Shown: positions 38,001 to 51,370 of the stretch, piece after piece
Numbering within the stretch: the first letter of the stretch is position 1
How the letters are laid out: each line of letters begins with the position of its first letter
Assembly (NCBI GenBank): GCA_964035545.1
Contig: OZ037766.1
Span: forward strand, 27,697,673 to 27,761,672
DNA length: 64,000 nucleotides
Direction of reading: 5' to 3'
Source of the DNA: Bugula neritina
Taxonomy: Eukaryota; Animalia; Bryozoa
Position numbers and translations under genes: made by a program
The notes under the pieces: generated by a model
Databases searched by the model: none
Seen by the model: only the letters and a program-made list of their open reading frames with translations
What the model was told of the DNA's origin: nothing

Positions 38001-41000
38001 ACTAGACTACTTCATACCAACCACTTCCAGTTACTTCTACCATGCATTTCCTTTATTAGGTTGATGGCAAGAAGTGTACGTACAATCCCAAAACAGGCTT
38101 TACTCTGAACAGGGTGCATATTAGAGATTCTGGAGCGTACACTTGCAAAGCAACGTATGGTGAACACGAGGAAAGGAAAGAATTCTACCTCCATGTTCTT
38201 AGAGGTAATTAGATAGCTGTACATACAAAGATAAGTAATGAAATGTAAAATATAATAAGATAGTGACTTTACACTAATATGCTGAGATGCTCTAATGCTT
38301 TATTAGCTCATAAAACCCGATGAGTAAATGTTATATAAGAGTGCAGGCTTTGAAAGGCATGCATAATTCCTACATTGTTCTGGAAGAGGTCTTTCGTAAA
38401 CTTATTAGAGCTGTGAAATTATTTTAGAAGTATATTAATAGCTGCACGACTGCATATATTTCTTGTTTATATTTTACACAAATGGCTGCTAAAGTTTTTC
38501 TACAATATTTTAAAAACCTTTTAACATTTAATCAACAGTTTTAAAAATATTCATAAAATCATTTTCGGTATAACTGCTCATCTTCAAAGGAGGTGAATCG
38601 GTTTTGTTGAATTTGCCACACTAACAAAAAGTAGGCCATGGTAGTTTGAGTACCATTATAGTACTTTGTGAGAGTCCAGTTCATCTATTGGAGAAAGGAT
38701 AACTCCTTAACACTGCATACTGTAGTTAAAATGAATGCGTGTGATCTTCCTTTTGTCTACAGCCTTGGTAGTGTTTGTCAAAAAGCACTCTCTTCTTGCT
38801 TTCTATCTTTATTGCTGTATGCCTTCTTGTACATATCTTTACAATATATTCTTCTACAAAACATGTGGTTTAGTTGTTCCAGCATAACTTGATTGTCTTT
38901 ACAATCGGTGGAAAAACTTTATTCACCTATTGGCCAAAAACAAGTGTTTTTACTGTAACACTAAAATCCCCCAATTTATATAGCTACAGTACTCCGACAC
39001 AACAGTTAATTACTTTGAATATATATTATACTAATAAATAATTTAGCCACCTGCCCATAAAAGTAAATATTCTGGTAAACGTTCTATCTTTGGTTACTTT
39101 GTAGCGTTCTAGAAGCTACTTAATGCCTAGAAATGCTTACATGCGTTGGACTGGACAATCTTAATATATAGCGGTCTATTGTTCTGGGACAATTGCTGAA
39201 TCATTTGTTTGTTGCGTGGAAATAATATTGTTTTGGTGCTCTTCAGTTTTATTTGTTATAATTTTCTCCAGCATGACTTTATTTCTCATCCTTTTCTAGT
39301 CTCTTTTTAATTATTTTGATGCTAGTGGAATATTTATATAAAAACTTTGCATATACTTTATTATATCCCTGTTAGACATGTTTTGTTAAAAGTTTTTAAA
39401 TTAGCTTAAAAAATCATATAATTGTATATAGGTAGTTTCGAATTTGCTTTACTATTGTACATTTTAATATTTTGCAAGTTAAATATAACGGTGATTGGCA
39501 CTAGAGTGGTTGTTTTCCTGATACTCCGTAATAACTATTACCTTTTAATGGTGCTCCAAGCAAAGTTTAGCAAATCGTAAAAAAACATAGCATAGTGTAA
39601 AATGTGTTAGCAAAATTAACTTCTGAACTCAAAAAACTTAACCAAAATGTATGAACAATTAGTCATTCGTGCAAGCAAAAAAATAATATAAATATAATAT
39701 ATGTAGAACGTGTTGACACTTTACAGATAATATATGCATATGAGAATATATTATGCTGAATACTATTGCAGCAATAGTAAATTTGCTGCATTTTAAAATC
39801 TTTTATTATTTATATGCGGCTTTACAAAACCTCTGGAACTATTATTTTCAACTAATCTCAACAAGCTAAAACTTCAGCTCCATAAACACTAGACAGATTT
39901 TTATTCAAGAACAATCAGTTAATAACTTTTATTTTTTAACAGCACATAAACTTTAATCATATGGAAAAGAATTTAGCAAAGTTCCACCTATTTTTAATAC
40001 CCTTTTTAAATGTTTAAGCCGATTACCTATTGCACCAGTCAATATTATTTTAAGTAGCTTTTATTTTTTTTATAATATTGCATAATTACAAATAAAATAA
40101 AACAGAAACACATAAAATTTAAATAGTTTGGTAAATAGGCAGTTATGCGAAGAAAATACAAACTGCAATTTCAAAATTAACTCTCTCCACCTCACAATCA
40201 CCACAAAAAGTTATTAGATATATCCAGATGACAAAATTTAAACTAAACAGCATAACACATAATCTTTTAGTTTTTATCTGGAAACCTGATCTAATATTAT
40301 AATAGTATGATCTTTTTATAGCTGTATATAACAATACAGACACTTTATAGCTGAGTAATTTATCTGCTGCTGTTAGTTGTGGACTTGGTAACTGGGTTCT
40401 GTTCTTGTCATCATACAGTCTGTCCTTTTGCATGCGCTGGTGTTGGGATAACTTGGTTTCTTTCTTCTTCTGTCTGCTGTTGAAGCTCCTTTGTCTTATA
40501 CTTTGAAATTGGAATGATAATAACCTGTATCAGCCATGGAACCTCTGATGTGTGTTAGTTGCCGAAAATCCTCCTTGTTCCTTGCATGTCTCATACACAC
40601 ATATCTCAAGCAACATTGAGTCTAGCTCATAATTTATTAGCTATACCATTTATATAGCTTGAATTCACGCAATTCTAAAGCTTAGCACGGGTGGAATACA
40701 AACTCCTATAAGATTGTTCCAGAATAGAATTGTTGGGAATTTGCTGCAAATGCTAGCTGTTGACCAATATATTATGTACTTTACATAATAGAATACTCTA
40801 ATAGTGCGAATCTTATACTTGACCTCAACAGGTAACCCTCTGCTGACAATGCCAGTGCTGAAAACAGAGTCCCACTCTGTTAGTGAGGGAGTCACCAACA
40901 CATTCAAGTGCCAGGTCATGGTTGGGACTTGGCAATTGTTGGCGATAACATGGTGGAAACAGGTGGATGGAGAGCAGCCAATCAGGGTGAGTAATTCTTA

Positions 41001-41854
41001 AGCCAATCAGAGTGAACAACACAAGCCATGTATTATTTTTTAACTAATACTAAAAAACAATATTGGTGCTTGTATGGGAGGTCTATATAGCCTGGTTTCT
41101 TACACTTGCATGTTGTCTGGGGTTCCTGACTATGGCGTGCCCTCTAGCACAAAACTATTCAAGTTCCTGGTTTCAATGCAATACAAAAAATATATTCAAA
41201 AGTTTTTTATTAGAATAGTTTTAACTTGAACAATTTTTGATTAGAAGCTCTTGCAGATGCAGCAACAGCTGACAATATCTTTACATTCTTTAAATTTTTT
41301 ATCTTTTTAGAACAAACTATTTGTATGAAATCATGTCGTATGTTGTGTTCTGTACAGATAACGAGTGATTCAAGGGTTCACGTAGAGGATGTTGTGAGTG
41401 CAGATGCTTTATGCAGCGGGTCAAGAGCAATGTGTAGCTTCCTACGCCATAGCTCTGTCCCTTCAACACAGTATAGCCTTTACTCCAAGGTATTGTATTA
41501 CATACTACCACCATAGCGTACGACATTATTCCTAAATCATTCAAATATGAATGCATGGATAAATTTAAGACTAATTTTAGGCTGTTTTTATAACTCAGCA
41601 ATATGCAGTTTATACTTTATACTCTACCCCAGAGCATAAAATTGCTTTTTGGTCTGTTTGCTCAGAATGCTTATGCAGACATTTTCATACTTTTTTTGTT
41701 CTAAATATTTACTGTTGAACAATTTTAGTGGGTTGGTAAATTGAAGATAACCAAGACAAAGCAAAGTGACTCGGCTCAATATTATTGCACTGCTTCGTCT
41801 GAAGGGAAATATAGACAGAGTAATGTGGTAGATTTTACTGTTACAAGTGACTAA
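32005..41854 (+). CDS. Secreted three-Ig-domain PDGFR/VEGFR-ectodomain-like protein (PDGFRL-like architecture), ~383 aa; exons 32005-32071, 34843-34988, 36717-36939, 37447-37604, 38060-38204, 40832-40986, 41358-41489, 41729-41854
   Basis: Eight phase-consistent exons total 1152 nt. Signal peptide MKSISILVLVLVICEG. Ig1: GESIQLTC...ISWSYP...SKLIVSNITTNDTGLYEC...VYVFVSDP. Ig2: FPCAVNNPNTTVEL...YNPKTGF...DSGAYTCKA, the PDGFR/VEGFR D2 pattern. Ig3: TFKCQV...ITW...LKITKTKQSDSAQYYCTA...DFTVTSD*. Confidence 0.82.
34722..34795 (-). pseudogene. tRNA-like sequence (tRNA pseudogene or SINE head; possible TGC/Ala anticodon)
   Basis: The minus strand reads ACCCCTGTGGTGTAATGATTAGC...CTTGCTA...CTCAGGTTCAAATCCCAGTGAGGGCA, with an A box, a B box and tRNA length. 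The acceptor and T stems are mismatched. Confidence 0.55.
36948..37118. repeat. Degenerate TTCATGCTTATT(AA) tandem repeat
   Basis: About 10 copies just after an exon donor. Confidence 0.7.
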
Positions 41855-42130
41855 GTCATTAGAAATAATTATATAGCCATCTACAGCATATCTCACGCAG
41901 AGGGCTGTTCATTTTTGTTTTTAACATAAATCAAGAAAGGTAAGATAGGCTTCTCCAGTAGCCTACTATGTATGTGACCAAATATCTAATGTATTACATG
42001 ATAATTACCTTTCTTGGTTTCAACCACCAGTTGTGTAAAGCGGGTTTCTCTAGTTTAATTGCCACTTCTTATGTCAGTTTTACGAAACAAACTTTTATGT
42101 GGCCTTTTTAATTTGCCGTGTATATCTGTA

Positions 42131-42235
42131 TCTATACATGTGCATGTTGCTATACATGTGCATGTTGCTATACATGTGTATGTTGCTATACATGTGTATG
42201 TTGCTATACATGTGTATGTTGCTATACATGTGTAT
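42131..42235. repeat. 18-nt minisatellite CTATACATGTGTATGTTG (x~5.5)
   Basis: Near-perfect tandem copies. Confidence 0.9.
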
Positions 42236-43470
42236 AAGGCGATTTGCATTCACCGAGAAAATCATTCACAAAACATTATTTATTTTTGTTTTAAAGGAAT
42301 CTTTTATTAAAAATACAAATTTGTATTTCCATCAATACACTAAGTGGTTTAATATATTTATATTTTTAAGGCAAAACTTATGTCAATATATTACTACTGC
42401 AAGTTTTACCCAACCCTTGGTCACAAAACTATTACTATGATAGTAGGAAATGCCAACTTCTAATGAACTCATGACTCATAGTAACATTTATAACTTATTT
42501 ATACTGTTATAATTATAGTTATTTGATGTAATGCACAATACACATAATGCAGTAACCACTAATAACTATTCAAGTAAAGTACTAAGTTACCATTAAGTTG
42601 TATTTTGTTTTAAATAGCCAATATAATTGATATACCCAAAAAGCTGGAAAGAGTTTTCAAATAGTGTTGAGTTAGATCAACATAAACTTTCAACTCGTAT
42701 ACAGAACTTTTATTTGCATTCAGATACTAAGTATTTATATATTGCATTCAACTACAATATTTTCCCCTATACCAACACCTCACTCATTCTAAACACTAAA
42801 TGAAAACAATATAGCAATTATTACAAATTTATTTCAATATAGTTATAACATACATTGATAATATTATAATGAAGCCTACAATGTGTGGAGGCTTTACAAA
42901 AATGCGTCTGAAAATATGATATTTCAGTCACATGTATTGAAAATACATTTTCTAAAAACTGTTACACAATTATTCAAAAATGCAAACAGAGTTCCCAAAC
43001 TTTTTCTCCATTTTTGTTTACATAAACCTTCATGGTCATATTCCTGCAATAGAAAAGAGGAGACAACTTTTCATCACAAATATGATAGTAATAACCTAAG
43101 CTATATCTTTTGTTGTAAACTATTTAACATCAATATAGTAGTATCAGCATTATCAAAATATTATAAATAGGAAATTTTTCACTTATGTGAATTTTTTGTT
43201 AGGCTCTGTTGGCTTTATTATAAGCCCATGCTTACTTAAAGTTATATTACAAATATAACTTCAAGTAAATTATATTTGTAATATAACTTACTTAAATTTA
43301 TTACAGATAATATATATTTACTATTATTGTATTATGTGTAAAACAAAATATTATTTTATGATGGAACTAGCCAAGCAAGTATATAAGTCACCACAGTTAA
43401 TTACAGCTATTGTAATTCCGCTTCACCAGTTTTACAAAAAACGTAGGGTACTATTTGAAAAGTCTAACAC

Positions 43471-46400
43471 CTACTTTGGTTGTCCGCTCCCTGATGGAAA
43501 AGAGATCTCTCTGGAAGTGTCAGATCTACAAGAAGCAAATAGATAATAGAGGTGCTATAGATATACTATCATCAGTAATTTATTAATTGGCATTGTATCA
43601 ATTTGTTTTCTGAGTTATATACTAAACAAACAACAGAACAGTCAAACCTACAACAGCACTATAGTTGTTATCACCTTGTAGTAAAGAAATCTCCCTCAGC
43701 ACTGTTAACAGAAAGTGTAGGCACGTTCAGTGAGGAAGTGTCAGCAGGGGTGTCAATAGATATATCAACTGAAGGCTCATCTGATCGGCTGCCGCCAGAG
43801 CCATTAGATTGGTCAGCAACATGGTGGTTTGATTGGCCAGAATTTGATCCATCTGATTGGTCGGCATTTGAACCATCTGATTGGCCAGCATTCGAGCTAT
43901 CTGATTGGCCGGCATTCGAGTCATCTGATTGGCCAGTTGAAAGGCCAGTAGAAACAGTGGCTGTGCAGTCAGCAGATGTAGTTGCTGTGTGGTTAAAAGA
44001 GTCAGCACCAGAGCTTTTAGTCAGATTGTTGATGGGACTGTCCGTAGAACTGCTGGCTAATAAGTCAACGGAACTATCAGCAAAAGTCTCAGAAGGAGTC
44101 CCAATGAGAGTGTTAATAGTGGTGTTAGATGACGTCACTGCAGTGATAAACCTCTCTTCAGAGAGGTCATTGCTAGTTAGTATACTAGTGCTGTCTTTCT
44201 CTCTAGAGCTCATGTTACCTGTTGCTAAAGTCAAATCAAAATTTACATAAAGACAACAATCAAATACATTACAAATTATGCTAAACTTAATAAAGAAATC
44301 TCCAACTTTTTAATGAATTAAAAATCGTTATAGACGTTGGTAAAAATATCCAAGTTTTTATCTTCTGTCATAATTAGTACACTATTAATATAAATAACAC
44401 AAGTAAATTCTGCAAGCAATATTTTCTCACTTATACTGAAAGAAGTGTCTCCCTCATTTTCTCTTTTATCTTCCTGCATTGAACTGGAGTTGTCCCTCCA
44501 TACTCCGAGAGAGCAATGTTTGGCTTGTTTAGCCGGACAGCTGTTGCAACTTTTCTCACTCTCAGATAGAGGGCGTTTGGCAGCTTTTTGTGAAAAGAGT
44601 CTGTTTGGAGTGTGCACAGTTGACGTTGACCTGCAACAAATCATGTCAAGGTCAATTAATATATGTCAAACAAGTATACTCATTTCACTTGACCACAATA
44701 CTATTTAAATATACTGAAAAGTTGAATTCTACAATAAGTGTTTTGCAAAAAGTGACTGCTTTTTACTGCAATAATTAGAATATCTTAGGTGTAGGAGATA
44801 ACTGAGAATTAAAGAATTGTCTTCACATAGTATTACTAAATTATAGCATTGATGTATAAAAGATAATGTATGGCTGTGTACTATAAACCTACATCTACAT
44901 AGATTTAAACTATGAAGAAGAGTTGGTTTTACATCAAGAACTGCTGACCCCTCAAATATTTTGCCATGATAGAATTTATTGCTATATAAACTTGAAGCGC
45001 ATCTATTAACAATGGGCAGCATTAGGTAACTGGTAATATAAACTTTCACACAACTGCAAACAGATGCCTGGAACACAGTCTAAACTTACCCTACAGATAC
45101 GGGGTCTGCGCTATACCCCGCTGTAACAAAGTACGGAGGTGTATGGCCCGCATATGACAATGCGTTCACATACTCTGTAGTCTCGCCATCATTCTCATTG
45201 TTAGTCATGGCATCACTATACGTAGATGAGAAATCGCTAGTCAACACTGACTGGTCTGTACCACCACCCCTATCTGAATACAGAGTCAAGAAACAAGGCT
45301 AAATGAAATTTCATTGGTTAACTATGATTTCCTATGATTGTAAGCATATGGATAATTAAATGGATTATTGAGCCCTAAATGCATCTAAAAATGTTCTTAA
45401 AGGGTTCTTTTATGGAAACAATGAATTATTTTAGTATTCATAGCATAAAAAATTTCTAAAACTTTTCCAAACATCACATGTGTCTATCTACGAAACTTAC
45501 TTAAAATCAACAACAGCATCGATATACTTCAATTGATCAAAACAAAAAAAGTATAAATTCTCTTGAAAACTAACCAAGATTGTTTGAAATTGTAAGGCAT
45601 GCACTACTATCAGCAGTGTTGTCTATAGTTGGCTTGTTTTCTGCTACATCGCATATAATTGGCTCATTTACTGATGTAGCAGACCACTCTGCGACAGCTT
45701 CATGCTCAGTATTCCTATCAGGTGGAGACAACTTCACTGGTGGTGTTCGAACACTGCCGGCTGAGCTGCAACAAAAGTAATTATGTTTTACTAAAGCAAA
45801 GCTAAATCTTCTAATTTATAATAGAAGAGCTAAAATATAACAGAAAGCTAAATAGCAATAATAGCTATAATAGCAAGCTAAATCTTCTAATAAGTAACTC
45901 TCTATAATTTTTATTTAGTTTTATAAGCCGCAGTGTAACATTAGTGATATCATGCTATGTTATCAGAATCAATATTGATTTAAAACTGATTTTAAGTAAT
46001 TATGTCACCAATAACCATAGTTACACTTGCACTTAAATTATTAAAGACACTGTTTTATAATCTACACTACGATAAAATATTAAAATATGCCAAAATATAC
46101 ACAATAATATATTCTGTAATTAAAAAGAAATGGGTTATGTTGATAGCTATTTCAGCAAATAAAATTTTTACCCTATAGAGTAATCCCAATCTTCTTCTCT
46201 TGCAGAAGAATCTTTATTTACAATATTGTCAGATCCAGGTTGACTCTCTTCATGACTTGACTCAGCATCACTGTACTGTGACTCATCATCTTCTGAGTCA
46301 TCCGTTACTTTAGAATTTGTCTCCTCTTCTCCTGTGAATAGGATTAAAGTATCTCGTACAGCAATGAGCAACCTTAACAACAGACAGTTTCAACTAAATG

Positions 46401-48765
46401 TATGAAAATGGTCAATTTAATTTAACATAATTGATAACATAAAAAAATTTAAAAAACAATTCCTAACAATTTGTAGCCACTTGAAATCTTTTTATTATAA
46501 TTTTTAGCACACTCTTACAAGAAACATAAAAGCTGGAAATGCTCTCAAGGCTTAAAGCTTTGAAACTTGTAAAATCATAATTATACTGCCTTGCAAAAAG
46601 CAAAATGTAAAGTTGGTGAATTAAATAAAGTATAAAATGATCATACTTATATCTTCATAATCAAAGTATCGTAACTGCAGTCGGCCATCTTCAGTGGAAG
46701 TGATATTACACTCTTTTCCTAAATACATAACTTTCTCTGTCCTTTGCCTGCATAATACGTTTAATACATATAATACATATAATACATATAATACGTACAA
46801 TGCATATAATACGTATGACTCTCTATTATTGTGTAGCACACAGAAATGCTGATTAACAACATTTTTCAGAAGGATATGCTGCAATGTATATAATATTTTT
46901 CCACACATAAATTTCAGCCTCAAAATAGATTTATTAGATATAGATTGTTTTTAAATCCAAACTTTGACTATTGATGGAATCAGCTAAAAACCATATATAA
47001 ACAGTCTTCAACTTAGCTAATATAAATGTTCAAAATTATCCATCATTTATATTGAAATTAATACAGCCCTTGACTACCCAAGGCTTATTATGTAACTGAA
47101 ATATTGTTCTCTTGTTACTTTCCATATTCACTGGCTACATATGAAAGGACTGGCCATGTATTCAAACCAAAATCTTACTGTAGGGCACTACCGTGGCATG
47201 CAAATATTTACATTACGTACAAGAAACATGCAAACACAAATTAAAATAATTATATAATAGCATATAATCAGTTTCAATATTAACTTTGAATTTACAAATG
47301 GTGCATACTTGTGTGACGTGATCCCATTGGCTGGACTACATGGACTAGCAGATGTTTCTCCATAAGTCAATAGAGTTGGTCTTTCCTTAGTAAAAGTTGT
47401 TTGTGAAGAGATCAATTCTGTGTTTGGAAAGCCTAACAAATAAAATACCATTACTATAACAATGGTAACATCTCTCTAAATCTCGTGAAACAGCATAAAA
47501 GATTTGAATTGATGCAAGGCGTAAACACAAATCTAGGAGTAACAACTTAAGGAGAAATTCAGTGCAAGTATGAATATAGCTGCCAGTTCATTGTGGAACT
47601 CTTAGCTAGCCTGTAAGTGTGTAGACTCATTAAAAATCTCGCAGCTAATGCAGTAACTCTATCACTTACTGAAAAAGCGTTTTGCTTGAGTTGCAAGTTT
47701 ACTTTTAGTTTGCAGACAACCGCTACTTGTAGATGAAAAGCTACCAAAGTTCAATGGTTTCTCATCCTACAGAAATATGAAACATCATGGACACAAATCA
47801 TTACACAATAACACATATTTGATAGATTAGTTGGATTTCTTGCTGTTAATTTTAGTTTCTTGTTGAGTTAGAACAATTTTGCTATTATTGCTGCATCATG
47901 CCGACTGTTGGGTTTTGTTGTGCAGTAGCATTTCAACAAATTTTTAAATAGACCCTTTTTTACTTCTAGAAGATAGTTTATAAATGAGAGAGTGGTAAAG
48001 TCAGCATCATCTATTCGAAACGATCATCTTAAATACATACATTATAAATATTAGTGATACTATGCTATAAATTATCAAAATAAAGAAAGTGGATATAACT
48101 TCTGAGAAACCTGAATCTTTGTAAACATTAGCATATTATTGTCACGTTTCAGAAATAAAGTGTATATTAAAGAATTATATTATAGCTCAGTGGCATAAGC
48201 TATTCATTTAGGTCTTATGTGATGGTAGCAAGACAGTAAGCACAACTGCATATTTTGCATGGCCGGGATTTCTTGGTAGTCAGAAAATATTGAGCATAAG
48301 TATATATAAAAATTTAATTGTTTAAGTGCAAAGAAAATAATGAAAATGTATGAAGAATAATTGTAGAATTTGTTTCTAAAGACTGTCTTATAGAGAGTTA
48401 TTATTTCATTTTATAAAAAGCTGCTTTATTTTAGTTCTACAAAGCATTGGAAGGTATTCTACCTAATTCATGCAACTTTGAAATAATATTTAAAAGGTAA
48501 TCAATATATTCACCTTCATCCATGTGTTGACTAGCGAGTCATCAGCTGACGACAGTTTCTGAGTCTGTGACCCAGAATGTTTGAGGGGAACTTCATCTCC
48601 CCCGCACTGCTTGCTAGCAAATGGCGGAGTTGAGTTTTTCAACTTTGAAAAGAAATTTGAGCCTGAAGGAGCTTGCATAGACTGAGAACTTAGACCACTC
48701 CAACTGAGTGATAGCCCTTTCCCTTTACTCAAGGCGGAGGGGGTATCTGCACTGTCCTTAGTCAT
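43471..48765 (-). CDS. Uncharacterised Ser/Asp/Thr-rich, probably disordered protein; about 10 exons (~48514-48765, 47671-47767, ~47295-47433, ~46650-46720, 46172-46331, ~45574-45766, 45090-45275, ~44429-44630, 43675-44217, 43471-43525)
   Basis: A series of GC-richer minus-strand open segments bounded by AG/GT. It starts MTKDSADTPS, includes DDSEDDESQYSDAESSHEES and an 8-aa repeat, and ends RSDTSREISFPSGSGQPK*. No recognisable domain; some internal boundaries are approximate. Confidence 0.65.
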
Positions 48766-51087
48766 AATGTTGCAATTTGTTTCAGAAATACTTAGTACAA
48801 TATAGGCTAAACTCTACAGAAAATAAATGATTCAAAAGTGAGAAATACTTTTCATCGTTTGAATTTTATTCACAATCAAATAAAATGATATGCTATTTAA
48901 ATATTTCAGAGAATTTTGAAAATTTCTAACAAATTATTATAATATTTATATGAATTTTTATTGAAACCAATTAAAATTTTCTCTACTTTGAATTTTATAA
49001 ATTTCAAAAATTATTATTAATTTTTGCTTATTATTTGTAGCTGAAGCACTGAAAATCGTAGCAAATCTGTGACATCACTGCTGAATGTACACATGCATAA
49101 CTCTGCTTTCCGTGTAAATTAACTGATTTATTCATGGAAAATCTGCATTGTATTGTGACAATGCATCATCAACCATGCAAACTAGCTGACATTTATATTA
49201 TATTAACAACATACAGTATAATATTATTATAATTAGTAGTTGATGATATTAGCACAACATTGATGAAGTTTTAATATTAAGTTATTGTATACTATAACTT
49301 TTTATTTCTTAAAAATGGATAGCTTATTACAGTAAGATATGCTGCAGGGAGGGGAAGGGTGGGCAATGGAGATAAAAATGTTTGAACTGGAAACAGTGAA
49401 CAGCAAACTAATGTTACTTAAAAATTGTTTCTTCAACAAAAGCCTATTTATAGACTGGTGAAGAATTAAAGGTGTCTAGCATTATACCTGCAGTGACTAG
49501 TGAAGCATTAAGTTACATTGTATGTAAGCATAACTCCTGCAGCTATAATTTTACCTGCGCAGTACAGTGCTACAGTGCTACCTGCATATTATAAAATTAC
49601 CTGCATACTGCAGCATTACCTGCACACTATAGCATTACCTGCATACTACAATATTACCTGCATACTACAGTGTTAATTGCATTATCCAGTACTACCTACT
49701 ACTTAATTGTTACTTATTTGTCATTTTCCACACCTTTAATAAATTTTTCCAAATTTCTAAATAATCCACTTGATTATTTAAAATTTGCAGTTTTGCATGT
49801 ACAAGTTTATTGTTATCAATATATTTATCTATGTAAACTGTAACTAATATTAATTATCATTGAGTGGGCTTACTGGAAGTTTAAACTATCCAGTTCCATT
49901 AAACTCACCATTCTAATGCATCCATCATAATACTAGTTTTATGAACCTTTGAACAAGGGATTGCACTCTTGATATGGCAATATGACTTCTCTGAATAATT
50001 TTATGGTACCCTATGAAAGATCACCAAAAAGATGATAATGTTTTACCTACACTACCTATATAATATGTAAATATTATTTTGAAAATGGCAGAAAAATTTA
50101 CATTTTGTATGCATTTTGAAATTACAGTAAAAGCAAAAGTTAATTTTGTTATAGCTGTAGTTTTGTGTATGGAGAAAACATACAGTCGGAAGATTTATAC
50201 AGCTGGGAACGTGAAAAAGCCCTATGCTGAAAGCACGGTCTATAAGCTATAACTATAATTTTCATATATTTTTGTAGACTATGAGGGAAGAATACAGTTT
50301 ATTATGTAGGTACTCTGTACTTGAAATAATCGTGGAGAAAAGACAATTCCTAAAGATGACTCTTGAGTAGAGTTTTAACATCACTAAAACAAAATTGATA
50401 CTTGAAATTGCTGTAGGACTTTATACCTATATGACCTAAAATCCAAATTATTGTAAAGAGAAAGAAAGTGGACTAGCTAGATCTAATTATAGCTCCGTAT
50501 CTGAGTGAAACCAAAGGGTAGAGGCGCTGCCAAGTTTCTGAATCACTGTGACTAAATTGGGCTATACAGGAAACCGTTTGATTTAAGAATCGCTAGATGC
50601 GATACAAAGTTTAGGGTCATCAAATGCAGTGCTGGTGTTTACTCTATTGCCCAAACTCCAAACCTCGGCACATAAAAAAGAACCAGTGATTTCATACCTT
50701 GTGCTGCATTAAGTCATAGCTCCTGATGAATAATTTCGTGTGTATAGTAAACAACCTCATAAAAAAGTAGTGTGTGATTTCATGAAAATAGTTTGGGTTT
50801 AAGCCTCACATTTAAGACTCAGAGTTGACCAAGTAGCTATTGGGTGAAACAAACGTTACCATAACGGCTATCAGTATCACTATCAAATAACGGTAATCCA
50901 TTAACAGAATGAGGACGTCCTTCTTTACAACGCCATCTGCCACCTGGGACTGTTTAATTTTATCAGTTAATTACTTTAATTTAATGTGTTCTTGACTATC
51001 AACATTGTGATTATATTTGTTATGTTGAAGAAAGAGCAATATCAATATGAATATGAGATTGAGACGTGTACTCACTCACTTACTGAT

Positions 51088-51370
51088 AGTAGTAGTACTA
51101 CTAGTACTAGTAGTAGTAGTAGTAGTAGTAGTAGTACTACTAGTAGTACTAGTAATACTAGTAGTAGTAGTACTACTACTAGTAGTACTAGTACAGCAGT
51201 AGTAGTACTAGTAGTAGTACAGCAGCAGCAGTAGTAGTAGTAGTACTAGTGCAGCAGTAGTAGAAGGCTACTAGTACAGCAGCAGTAGTAGTAGTACTAG
51301 TACAACAGCATTAGCAGTAGCAGTAGTAGTACTAGTAGTGGTAGTAGTATCAGTACTACTAGTAGTAGTA
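51088..51370. repeat. (AGT/AGC)n trinucleotide microsatellite
   Basis: Directly visible. Confidence 0.95.

Noticed and set aside
43603-44250. 215-aa plus-strand ORF with SDWPAFE repeats
   Set aside because: Antisense shadow of the large minus-strand exon, which has proper splice sites and joins neighbouring exons.
50351-50830. Possible second Kolobok-like TIR element
   Set aside because: Only a partial, gapped match between the putative ends and no clean TTAA pair.
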